12,944 bases of DNA, from contig JBBQPO010000179.1 in assembly GCA_038217285.1 (NCBI GenBank), positions 1 to 12,944 of the forward strand, written 5' to 3'. Position 1 is the stretch's first letter. Every line of letters starts with the position of its first letter. The DNA is from Chthonomonadales bacterium. Lineage in GTDB: Bacteria; Armatimonadota; Chthonomonadetes; Chthonomonadales; Chthonomonadaceae. Below the pieces are notes generated by a model. It saw only the letters and a program-made list of their open reading frames with translations, was not told the origin of the DNA and did not search any database. A program made the position numbers and the translations under genes. Positions 1-6,882 of the stretch are shown one piece after another.

Positions 1-38
1 GTCCGTAGCAAATGTAGTCGTTTCTGTAGCGAAGACCA

Positions 39-414
39 AATAACGGCGGTAGAAAAGTCGATGCAGTTGCCGGACAGCACGAGTTTCGGTTACAGCAACG
101 ATGCGGCCGACAGACTGACTTCGCTGCAAAATCCTTCCGGCCAGACGTGGAACTGGAGCTACCTCAACAACGACTGGCTAAGCCAGCAGACGGACGCAAG
201 CCGCGTCACCGTCAACTGTACCCACAATGCGCGGGGAATCCTCACCATTCTGGCGAACACAACGACGAGCGGCGGAAGCACTCTGTCGAGCTACACGGTA
301 AACGGCTTCGTCCTGACGGGAATGATCGTTCCTCTCATTCCTGAAAACTCCACACAGGCTTTCAGGTACGAGCAGTCCTCTCGAATACACACGATGACAA
401 GTCAATCTAGATGA
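39..414 (+). pseudogene. RHS/YD-repeat protein fragment (degenerate)
   Basis: SMQLPDSTSFGYSNDAADRLTSLQNPSGQTWNWSYLNNDWLSQQT...NCTHNARGILTILAN resembles 2-3 YD repeats with eroded YxYD motifs. Upstream NNGGR (39-53) joins KSM only if one A is removed from the A-run at 53-56. Resemblance fades after about 305, and there is no RHS core end or toxin tip. Confidence 0.65.
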
Positions 415-475
415 CTTTTACATTTGCTACGGTCCGCTTCCTGGAGCATTTCTGTTCTCCGCTAAAAAGCTGGAG

Positions 476-1057
476 TCAGGCGTCCGACGGTGCGAGCTTC
501 CAGTGGGTGGCTGTGGCCCAGGCTTCGGCGGCAGCCATGATGAGGTCGCAGGCGGGATCCTTGATGGCGTAGTATGCGTCGATGTCGTCGGGATGCAAGC
601 GGGCAAGTTCGCGCTTGACCTGGTCATAACTTCCCGCTGCCGCGCGATTGGACCGAAGATAGTCGCGAAACAGCAGCGGGTAGCGCTGGTTAGCCATACC
701 GGTGGCACGGACATGGATATGAACACGTCGCATTCCCTCGGGCTGGCGGCAAAGGCGTTTCTGCCACTCCGCCTCGGGCCGGTCGTCTCCTGCCGGCCGG
801 TGATCTTCCCGGATGCCACCGACCCACGGACAACCGGCGGCAGAAAACGCGCCGATCAATGGCTCCTCCGGAGAGAAGGACGCCACGGTCACCTGAATAT
901 CCACGATGTCCTTGGCTCCCAGTCCCGGCACGGCCGTAGAGCCGATATGATCGATGCGCAGGGCCAGTAGACCGAGCGCCTGTCGAAGCGCGGCTCCGAC
1001 CTGCTGGAATTCGGTAGTCCATCGGGCCTGATACGGAACGATCTCGATCAAGCTCAC
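476..1057 (-). CDS. GrpB family protein (UPF0157, nucleotidyltransferase-like fold), 193 aa
   Basis: Motifs IEIVPYQARW, IDHIGSTAVPGLGAKDIVDIQV, HIHVR, LLFRDYLR, Y..VKRELA and Y...KD. Start reassigned to GTG 1057, which overlaps the upstream TGA (GTGA) and has a purine-rich GAAGAAGG upstream. Confidence 0.9.
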   Translation of the reverse strand: MSLIEIVPYQARWTTEFQQVGAALRQALGLLALRIDHIGSTAVPGLGAKDIVDIQVTVASFSPEEPLIGAFSAAGCPWVGGIREDHRPAGDDRPEAEWQKRLCRQPEGMRRVHIHVRATGMANQRYPLLFRDYLRSNRAAAGSYDQVKRELARLHPDDIDAYYAIKDPACDLIMAAAEAWATATHWKLAPSDA

Positions 1058-1292
1058 TTCAGGCCCGCCTTCTTCAGAGCGGCCTTGAACTCCGGGCCGG
1101 CGAAATCGTTGTAGCCCAGCGCCCGCCACAGGATCTTGCCATTGGCATCGATCAGGTAGTTCGTGGGGAACGCCATCACACCGAAGTTTGCGTAGGCCGA
1201 GCCGCTTCCGTTGTTCGATCCGCCCAGCGCGACCGGGCCTGATGTCCATCGGCGACCCAATACTCTTTCATCGTTTCCAGCGGATTGCCCTT
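1054..1292 (-). pseudogene. TlpA/redoxin (thioredoxin-fold) C-terminal remnant, frameshifted and lacking the N-terminal CxxC half
   Basis: FGVMAFPTNYLIDANGKILWRALGY is the cis-Pro hairpin segment of TlpA/ResA-like proteins. KGNPLETMKEYWVADGHQ in a neighbouring frame joins PVALGG across a 1-nt gap at about 1237-1238. No CxxC was found upstream. Confidence 0.65.
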
Positions 1293-1386
1293 TTCCTTTG
1301 TTACCCTCTCCATTGTACCCAGAATTCGGGGAAGGGGTGACTCCAGGGGCGAGTCTCCACCGGTCCATTCGCCCACATGGGGCTTC

Positions 1387-1494
1387 ATGGCACGGACCTT
1401 GCCGGTGGTGGTTGAAAAACGATCACCGCAGGCCGCTCCGGACGAGCCGGAAGACGACGAGACGCCCAAAGTTCGTTTCCGTCCTCGTCTTTAA
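1387..1494 (+). CDS. Possible 35-aa peptide or gene remnant (MARTLPVVVEKRSPQAAPDEPEDDETPKVRFRPRL)
   Basis: ATG 1387 to TAA 1494 with GC-ending codons in the acidic tract. It ends just before the 1521-1563 hairpin. The SD is weak. Confidence 0.25.
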   Translation: MARTLPVVVEKRSPQAAPDEPEDDETPKVRFRPRL

Positions 1495-1520
1495 ATGCGA
1501 TAGGTTCAGGTAACGCAAAC

Positions 1521-1566
1521 AGCTCGAGCGCACGTTCCCTTTCAGGAATGTGCGCTCGAAGCTCTT
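1521..1566. terminator. Strong hairpin, probable intrinsic terminator (possibly bidirectional)
   Basis: TCGAGCGCACGTTCC (1524-1538) pairs with GGAATGTGCGCTCGA (1545-1559) at 14/15 positions with a 6-nt loop. It lies about 50 nt after the stop at 1611. T-tracts are short on both sides. Confidence 0.7.
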
Positions 1567-1610
1567 TGGGCTCTATATGCCGAAATGGACGGAATGAACC
1601 GTAGAGAAGT

Positions 1611-2699
1611 TTACAATCCGGACAGGCACCCCTTTTGGCCACTGGAGTTCGGATAGCCCGTGCCGGCGGTGAAGGCGGCATTCGACCACTCTCCCTGGAT
1701 CTTCCACTGAGAGCCATTGGAAAACGTCAGCAGCGGAGCGCCGAAGGTGAAGTTGCACTTGTCGCCGTTTTCTTGACCCCTGCTATCGTACCAGCCTCCG
1801 TTGCGTGGGTCGGTCCGGGCCTCGGAAAGCTCATGGCCGCTGACGTTGGAAAGGGCTGCCAGACCCTGGGAGTGCAGACCGGAAGTGTCCTGGGGGTCAC
1901 AGCCGGCATCGCCGTCCAGGTTGAAGAAGAACGCGAACTGAACGTTGACGCCATTACAGGAACCGTAACTGTGATAGCCGCAGTAGCCCGCTCCGCCGCG
2001 TGGTTGATCGGAATAGACCCCATAATAACCCAAACCTGATGGGTCGGGATTGGGGATTGCCTTGCAGACCTCCGCCAGAATCGTCGAGGTTTGTGCCGGC
2101 GAACCCGCAGGAGATGTATCGATCACATGGCCGACGTACGTGACTGTAGGACCGACCTGGCCATTGGTTCCGGTAAATTCATCGGAGGTCATTGCGTAGT
2201 GGCTGCCGCCGAATCCCTGATACCAGAGATCGATGCCGGTGATCTTGTCGCCTGTGTAGTTGCCCCAACTGGTTCCCCAGAAGATAGCGCCTGCCACGGT
2301 GTACGGCATGATAATGCCGTTGTGATAAACCATATTGGCGCCGCTGCCGCTGCCGCCCGGTTTCCCATTATGATTAATATGGTCCTTCGCTTCGGTGTGT
2401 TTCAGGGCTCCGACGTATCCGGGGTCCGGGCAGGCCGCCATTCCGGCAGAGGCAGTGTAGGCGCTTAGCAGGCGAGGTCGGGAGGCGCTGGTCGCGTCGT
2501 AGTCCTGAGCATACAAGTAGTACGCCTGGCTCAGCCGTTGATTATTGGTGAGACAGGACGCCGAACGCCCGTTGCGGGCCTGCGCGAAAACCGGAAACAG
2601 AAGCGCTGCAAGAATTGCAACGATGGCGATAACTACCAACAGTTCGACGAGAGAGAAGGCGCGACGCGAACGAATGGGCGAGGCGTGGTTGACAGTCAT
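1611..2699 (-). CDS. Prepilin-type N-terminal cleavage/methylation protein fused to a PHI-1/EXORDIUM-like domain, 362 aa
   Basis: N-terminus RRA|FSLVELLVVIAIVAILAALLFPVFAQAR (Phe1, Glu5), then SCLTN...YAQDYD (DUF1559-type start). From 2333 onward: MVYHNG, IFWG, YCGYHS, GHELSEARTDP..GWYD..GQENGDKC, WKIQGEWSN, GCL. AGGAGG SD lies 7 nt before ATG 2699. Confidence 0.85.
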   Translation of the reverse strand: MTVNHASPIRSRRAFSLVELLVVIAIVAILAALLFPVFAQARNGRSASCLTNNQRLSQAYYLYAQDYDATSASRPRLLSAYTASAGMAACPDPGYVGALKHTEAKDHINHNGKPGGSGSGANMVYHNGIIMPYTVAGAIFWGTSWGNYTGDKITGIDLWYQGFGGSHYAMTSDEFTGTNGQVGPTVTYVGHVIDTSPAGSPAQTSTILAEVCKAIPNPDPSGLGYYGVYSDQPRGGAGYCGYHSYGSCNGVNVQFAFFFNLDGDAGCDPQDTSGLHSQGLAALSNVSGHELSEARTDPRNGGWYDSRGQENGDKCNFTFGAPLLTFSNGSQWKIQGEWSNAAFTAGTGYPNSSGQKGCLSGL

Positions 2700-2755
2700 A
2701 AGGGACCCTCCTGAAGCCATAAAGCCTAGTATATCAGGCAAACGAGTGAAGGCCC

Positions 2756-2784
2756 ATTATACAACTCCTACTCTTAAACAACAA
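2756..2784 (-). promoter_or_regulatory. Sigma70-type promoter for the pilin-like gene
   Basis: Minus strand TTGTTG (2784-2779), 17-nt spacer, TATAAT (2761-2756). Confidence 0.6.
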
Positions 2785-2816
2785 CTAGACAAATGTCGAT
2801 TATAGGTAGAGACGCG

Positions 2817-2828
2817 ACAGATATCTGT
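2817..2828. promoter_or_regulatory. Perfect 12-bp palindrome ACAGATATCTGT, candidate transcription factor site
   Basis: Self-complementary and intergenic, 33-44 nt upstream of the -35 box above. Confidence 0.3.
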
Positions 2829-2834
2829 TATACG

Positions 2835-3899
2835 CTATTTCTCATCGAACGGGAACGCAACACGGCAGCCAGTTTCGGAGGCGCGATAGGCGGCGAGACA
2901 CATCTCGACGGAGACGCGGCCCTCTTCGGCGGTACACATCGGGACCCCGGACTTGAGCGCGTCGATAAAGGGGCGGGCGACTCCGGCGATGCGTTCGCCG
3001 TGACCGGCGGGAATGGGGAGGCCCAGATCCTGCCAGCCGAGTTCGGCCTTGTCGGACTGGAACATCTTGACGCCAATAGGATGCGGGGGTTTGATGCCGC
3101 ACGAGGGCGAGTCACCGTGGTTCTGGATAATGACGCCCTTGTCGCCATAGATCTCGGTGGTGTTCTCCCCGGCGAGGGTCACGCTGGAGTTGTAGATCTC
3201 GGCGAACAGGCCGTCTGCATAACGATAGAGGGCGAGGCCGGTATCGTCGGGCGCGACGTCGGTCAGCACATTATCGATCTCGGCGATGACGGAGACCGGC
3301 TTACGGCCCAGCGTCCAGGTGAGCCAGTCGATGGGATGGGTGGCGTCGTCGAAGAACATGCCTTTGTTGGCCTCTGCGCTGATATGCCACTTGCTCGGCC
3401 CTTCGATGAATCCCTTGCTGAACAGCACCGGTATGCAGTGACGCCGCCGAATGGTGCCGATGCGTCCAATCGCGCCTTCCTGGACCAGCTCGCGCATCCG
3501 GATATTTTGCGGGTCACAGCGCATCTGAAACGCCATGCTGAACCACTGGCCCGTCTTCGCCACAGCCGCGATGATGCGGTCACAGTCCTCCAGCGTGATC
3601 GCCATCGGCTTCTGCAGCAGCACCGCCTTGCCCGCTTCCAGCGCCGCGATCACCAGATCTGCATGCTTGTTGGTTTCGCTCGCGACGATGACGCAGTCGA
3701 TGTCAGGGCGGCGGAGAATATCCTCGATATGCGGCGAATAAGCCATGCCGAACGATTCGGCGTTGCGCTGCCCGCGCTCCGCATCGTCGTCCCAGGCCGC
3801 CACGAGTTGGGCGTCTTCGAAGGTCTTCATCTGGTTCGCGTAGGCATTGACATGACCATGCGCGAACGAAAGGATTCCGATACCAGGTTTTGCTGCCAA
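2835..3899 (-). CDS. Gfo/Idh/MocA family NAD(P)-dependent oxidoreductase, 354 aa
   Basis: IGILSFAHGH Rossmann start, DIDCVIVAS..NKHAD, GKAVLLQKPMA (EKP-like), AFQMR and GMFFDDATHPID. TTG start with AGGAGG SD. Confidence 0.93.
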   Translation of the reverse strand: MAAKPGIGILSFAHGHVNAYANQMKTFEDAQLVAAWDDDAERGQRNAESFGMAYSPHIEDILRRPDIDCVIVASETNKHADLVIAALEAGKAVLLQKPMAITLEDCDRIIAAVAKTGQWFSMAFQMRCDPQNIRMRELVQEGAIGRIGTIRRRHCIPVLFSKGFIEGPSKWHISAEANKGMFFDDATHPIDWLTWTLGRKPVSVIAEIDNVLTDVAPDDTGLALYRYADGLFAEIYNSSVTLAGENTTEIYGDKGVIIQNHGDSPSCGIKPPHPIGVKMFQSDKAELGWQDLGLPIPAGHGERIAGVARPFIDALKSGVPMCTAEEGRVSVEMCLAAYRASETGCRVAFPFDEK

Positions 3900-3957
3900 T
3901 GCGTCCTCCTCGATGGCGTCTCTCGTGCAGACAGGCTATCGCCCGGTCCATGCCACC

Positions 3958-3986
3958 ATTCTAATAGAAGCTCGGGCGATTGTCAA
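3958..3986 (-). promoter_or_regulatory. Near-consensus sigma70 promoter for the oxidoreductase
   Basis: Minus strand TTGACA (3986-3981), 17-nt spacer, TAGAAT (3963-3958). Confidence 0.8.
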
Positions 3987-3995
3987 GCGGCGACT

Positions 3996-4646
3996 TCAGG
4001 CGGGACGCTGGTTCTCATGGAGAATCGGCAGATAGAGATGGCGGCGTTCGAGCCGCAAGGCGACTCCGTCCAGAAAGATGTCCACCACCTCGTAGAGGAG
4101 GAACAGCAGGAAACCGAAAACGACGATCGCTTTGAACAACTGCACATCACTGAGCGTATGCACGGTAATCGCGAGCACTGTTGACGGATGGGTGACGATG
4201 TTCCAGGAGTTCAAGCGAATGAACAGGCCCAGGTAGACACCGAGTGAAACAAGAAAGAAAAACGGTACGGCCCAAAGAAAGGGATTGTGACCCGCTTTAC
4301 GCAGCAGCCTCTCGATGGGACGAATGGCGAGCGCGAAGCAGAGGCAGCCCGTGAGACTGTAAAGCAGAAAGAACAGCCCGTCCTTCGCAATGAAGATCAG
4401 GGCCATGCGGCCAGAGTAGGTCTGAAGCGCATACGGAAAGCCCTGGAACAGAAAATGTCGCCATTCGGTAACCAGGTAACAGGCGTTGGGTAAGAAGGCC
4501 AACCAGAGCAGGCCGAGGGGGAGCCATACAAACCAGGGAAAGGGCTTCCCTGCTTTACGGAAGTGCGCTGAAGCCGCAGTGAGCAGGCCGGCAAAGAGTA
4601 CGGGCAAGGCCGCCAGAAAAACGTTCCAGAGGACACCGAGGTGCAT
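3996..4646 (-). CDS. DUF1361 family multi-pass membrane protein, 216 aa
   Basis: WNVFLAALP, WLAFLPNACYLVTEWRH and GVYLGLFIRLNSWN. Start reassigned to ATG 4646, whose TAAGGA SD overlaps the upstream stop. Confidence 0.85.
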   Translation of the reverse strand: MHLGVLWNVFLAALPVLFAGLLTAASAHFRKAGKPFPWFVWLPLGLLWLAFLPNACYLVTEWRHFLFQGFPYALQTYSGRMALIFIAKDGLFFLLYSLTGCLCFALAIRPIERLLRKAGHNPFLWAVPFFFLVSLGVYLGLFIRLNSWNIVTHPSTVLAITVHTLSDVQLFKAIVVFGFLLFLLYEVVDIFLDGVALRLERRHLYLPILHENQRPA

Positions 4647-4657
4647 GACAGGCTTCC

Positions 4658-5551
4658 TTAGTTGGTCGGACCAGAGAGAGGCTCGTTGGCGGTCAGACAA
4701 GCGACAGATGCGGAGCGTTCTTGATCCTGGGTCGCCTGGGAGATCAGGCTGAGGTAGGGTGGGGTGAAGGGAAGGCGCAGGGCTTTCACAATGCGTTCGT
4801 CGGCGCGAGCCGGATCGTCATCGACGAGCACAGTACCGACTCTGCGCACGAAACGCAAGGGGATATGCTCGTCCTGCCGGGCCAGCAGGCGGCAGTCCAG
4901 AATGGTCAGGACGTTGCGCCCAGTGGTGGCGTAGAGGTCTGCGACCATCGCGTCCATGCCCTGCTTATGGAGGGAGCTGCGCATATTGCGTCGGCTCTCG
5001 CTCAACTTGTACTCTTTACGAGGCAGCAGGCCGATCAGGTTGCGGGTGCCGCCGCTGAACCAGCGCCGCCAGTGGTGGCTGCGGAGCTTGCAGGTCGTCA
5101 GCAGGATGCGGCAGTCGGCCTCCACCCAGTGGCGCGGCAGCCAGAAGCCATCGACCTGAAACGGCTGCGGACTCGGATTGGGCACGAAGAGGGGTTCCGT
5201 GGTTTCGGCGTCTACAAAAGAGACTCCGGGCAGCGTCGTCAGGCCGTGTTTCTCGGCGACGGGCAGGACCGGCTGCGATCCGACACCGCCCTCGGTCAGC
5301 ACGATATGCAGCGTGGGATTGGCGGCCTGGATCTCCCGCACCACCTGCCCAACAAAGCCGGCGGAGACGGCAAAAGGGTAGGGGAGGTCGTAGGCGGTGG
5401 AGACTTTGATACAGACCGTCCCACCGGAAGGCAGGGCAGTGAAACGCGCACTCTCCGCCGACAAAAGGCCCTCGGGCAAAGGTGGCTCGGGTTTGATGAG
5501 AATATCACGCAGGCGCTCCCGCAAACGAGTCATCGGTGTCTCTGCCTTCAT
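4658..5551 (-). CDS. DUF362 domain protein (divergent)
   Basis: VCIKVS, IVLTEGG, LPRHWVEADCRILLTTCKLRSH, FSGGTRNLIGLLP, LH.....MVADLY and LTILD occur in DUF362 order. Alternative start ATG 5533. Confidence 0.75.
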   Translation of the reverse strand: MKAETPMTRLRERLRDILIKPEPPLPEGLLSAESARFTALPSGGTVCIKVSTAYDLPYPFAVSAGFVGQVVREIQAANPTLHIVLTEGGVGSQPVLPVAEKHGLTTLPGVSFVDAETTEPLFVPNPSPQPFQVDGFWLPRHWVEADCRILLTTCKLRSHHWRRWFSGGTRNLIGLLPRKEYKLSESRRNMRSSLHKQGMDAMVADLYATTGRNVLTILDCRLLARQDEHIPLRFVRRVGTVLVDDDPARADERIVKALRLPFTPPYLSLISQATQDQERSASVACLTANEPLSGPTN

Positions 5552-5569
5552 CGCCGGAGGGCCGGGTCG

Positions 5570-5746
5570 TTAGTGGGATTTGTCGCCGCGCATCAGATTG
5601 GAACCCATGCGTACCAGCACGATGCCGCAAAAGACCATCAGCAGCATTTTCCAGTTGCCCTGAAAGTAGCCGAACGCGCCGCCGACCAGCCAGAGAAGGC
5701 CGAGCGCAAAGACGAACCCTCCCCATATCTTACGGGATATTCTCAC
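5570..5746 (-). CDS. Small two-TM membrane protein, 58 aa (not in the ORF track)
   Basis: Hand translation: MRISRKIWGGFVFALGLLWLVGGAFGYFQGNWKMLLMVFCGIVLVRMGSNLMRGDKSH. GTG start with GGGAG SD; TAA stop 18 nt before the DUF362 start. Confidence 0.75.
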   Translation of the reverse strand: MRISRKIWGGFVFALGLLWLVGGAFGYFQGNWKMLLMVFCGIVLVRMGSNLMRGDKSH

Positions 5747-5788
5747 TTATCGTCTCCCTGTTCGAGGACGCAGCCCCGGCGAGCGCGC

Positions 5789-6043
5789 TTAACGCGGCCT
5801 CTGGTGGGGCGAGTGCTCTTGTAGACCCACCAGATCGATACCTACTGTACAGTTTCCGAAGAGGTCACGGTTTCCATCCGGGACCGAGTACAGGCGTAGC
5901 CGGTCACATTCGAACAAATTAGTCCAGGAGCTCACTACCAGGCATGCATGCGTGATCATCATGCCGATCTCGGCCACGCCCCACACGTTGGCAGGAATGT
6001 CGCCGAGATCGTCGAGCAGTTGGTAATCGTCGCCTTCTTTCAC
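5789..6043 (-). CDS. Hypothetical protein or remnant, 84 aa
   Basis: GTG start overlaps the upstream TGA (GTGA) with AAGGA upstream. No recognisable motif. Confidence 0.35.
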   Translation of the reverse strand: MKEGDDYQLLDDLGDIPANVWGVAEIGMMITHACLVVSSWTNLFECDRLRLYSVPDGNRDLFGNCTVGIDLVGLQEHSPHQRPR

Positions 6044-6141
6044 AATGCGTTATCCTTGCTCCCTTGTGTGGCCCGCAGCAGTTCCTCCGGAGGCGTCTCC
6101 TGGCCAGGTTTGGCGGCGCGGAGGAGATCGGCATGATGATC
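5954..6141. repeat. Perfect 18-bp inverted repeat pair enclosing 152 bp
   Basis: GATCATCATGCCGATCTC (5954-5971) is the exact reverse complement of GAGATCGGCATGATGATC (6124-6141). Confidence 0.85.
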
Positions 6142-6465
6142 TATTGCGGGACGGTCGGAGCCACGAACCAGCGTCTCGACTTCTGGGAGCCGCTTCGCAG
6201 AGGATTTCGTCAAAAGTTCGACCGGGGGCGCTTCAAGGGTTTTAGTGAATAAGCGGTGGCCGATCCATAGCATTCCGGTTCCGGCGCCACCCCAGAATAG
6301 ACACCACCAATCGCCAAAACACAAAGCGAACAGCGCCACCAGCACAAAAATGCCTCCGACGACTTCGAGGACACCTCCAAAAAAGTAACCCATCCCTCGC
6401 TTCTGGCATATCCTTAAATACTCTAATCCACCCACCAACCGTTTCTGTGGCTCTTCTGTGCTCAT
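6040..6465 (-). CDS. Hypothetical two-TM membrane protein with triple L[LV]R C-terminal tail, 141 aa
   Basis: GGGAGAG SD and ATG 6465. Two hydrophobic segments, then TLVRGS...DLLRAA...ELLRAT. Confidence 0.75.
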   Translation of the reverse strand: MSTEEPQKRLVGGLEYLRICQKRGMGYFFGGVLEVVGGIFVLVALFALCFGDWWCLFWGGAGTGMLWIGHRLFTKTLEAPPVELLTKSSAKRLPEVETLVRGSDRPAIDHHADLLRAAKPGQETPPEELLRATQGSKDNAL

Positions 6466-6790
6466 CTGTTCTCTCCCTGTGGTGGTTCCACCAACTCCTG
6501 GACGAACATGACCGGCCCATCGTAGCCGCCGGATACCTGGACATGCTCCCGCGCCACATCGACCAGCTCATTGACAAATGGGGTCACTATACTTTCCAGC
6601 ATCCTCAGGCGGCGACCGTTACTCTCGGCATCAGGCCGACACTGTATGTACTCGCACTGGATCAGGCTGGGACTCAGGCATAAGAGATCCTTTCCGCTGC
6701 GTGCCGGCCAGAGTGACATGCGGGAGCCGAGTTGGCTACTTGTGCAGGACAGTCGGCGAAGCGGGAGGAGCATTGTCGGATGGTTTCCAT
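6462..6790 (-). other. Region of short or broken ORFs, possible degraded gene
   Basis: A GGAGG SD with ATG 6790 opens only 38 codons (stop 6674). A different frame ending ...FVQELVEPPQGENR stops in an ATGA overlap at 6462-6465. Confidence 0.3.
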
Positions 6791-6882
6791 AAAAATAAAC
6801 CTCCAGCGAAAACCATGATTACCAAGCTTGCCTATCCTTGCGGAAGCGCGCTGCTGCCAATTGTCGAGAGCGTGGTTCCGGA

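Noticed and set aside
399-475. Small hairpins (AAGTCA..TGACTT and CTCC..GGAG) as terminators
   Set aside because: Stems are short or bulged; too weak to call.
1058-1249. 64-aa N-terminal extension of GrpB in the ORF track
   Set aside because: It is an off-frame reading of the redoxin remnant; GrpB similarity begins at GTG 1057.
1318-1358. REP-like element (CCCAGAATTCGGGGAAGGGG plus GACTC..GAGTC stem)
   Set aside because: Single imperfect copy in the window; needs a genome-wide count to support.
1176-1500. Selenocysteine redoxin split at UGA
   Set aside because: No CxxU/UxxC context or N-terminal redoxin half was found upstream; the break is an indel, not a UGA.
2793-4184. 463-aa plus-strand ORF
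   Set aside because: Antisense shadow of the Gfo/Idh/MocA gene; no motifs, and long shadow ORFs are expected in high-GC coding DNA.
4721-5824. 367-aa plus-strand ORF
   Set aside because: Antisense to DUF362 and the 58-aa gene; no recognisable features.
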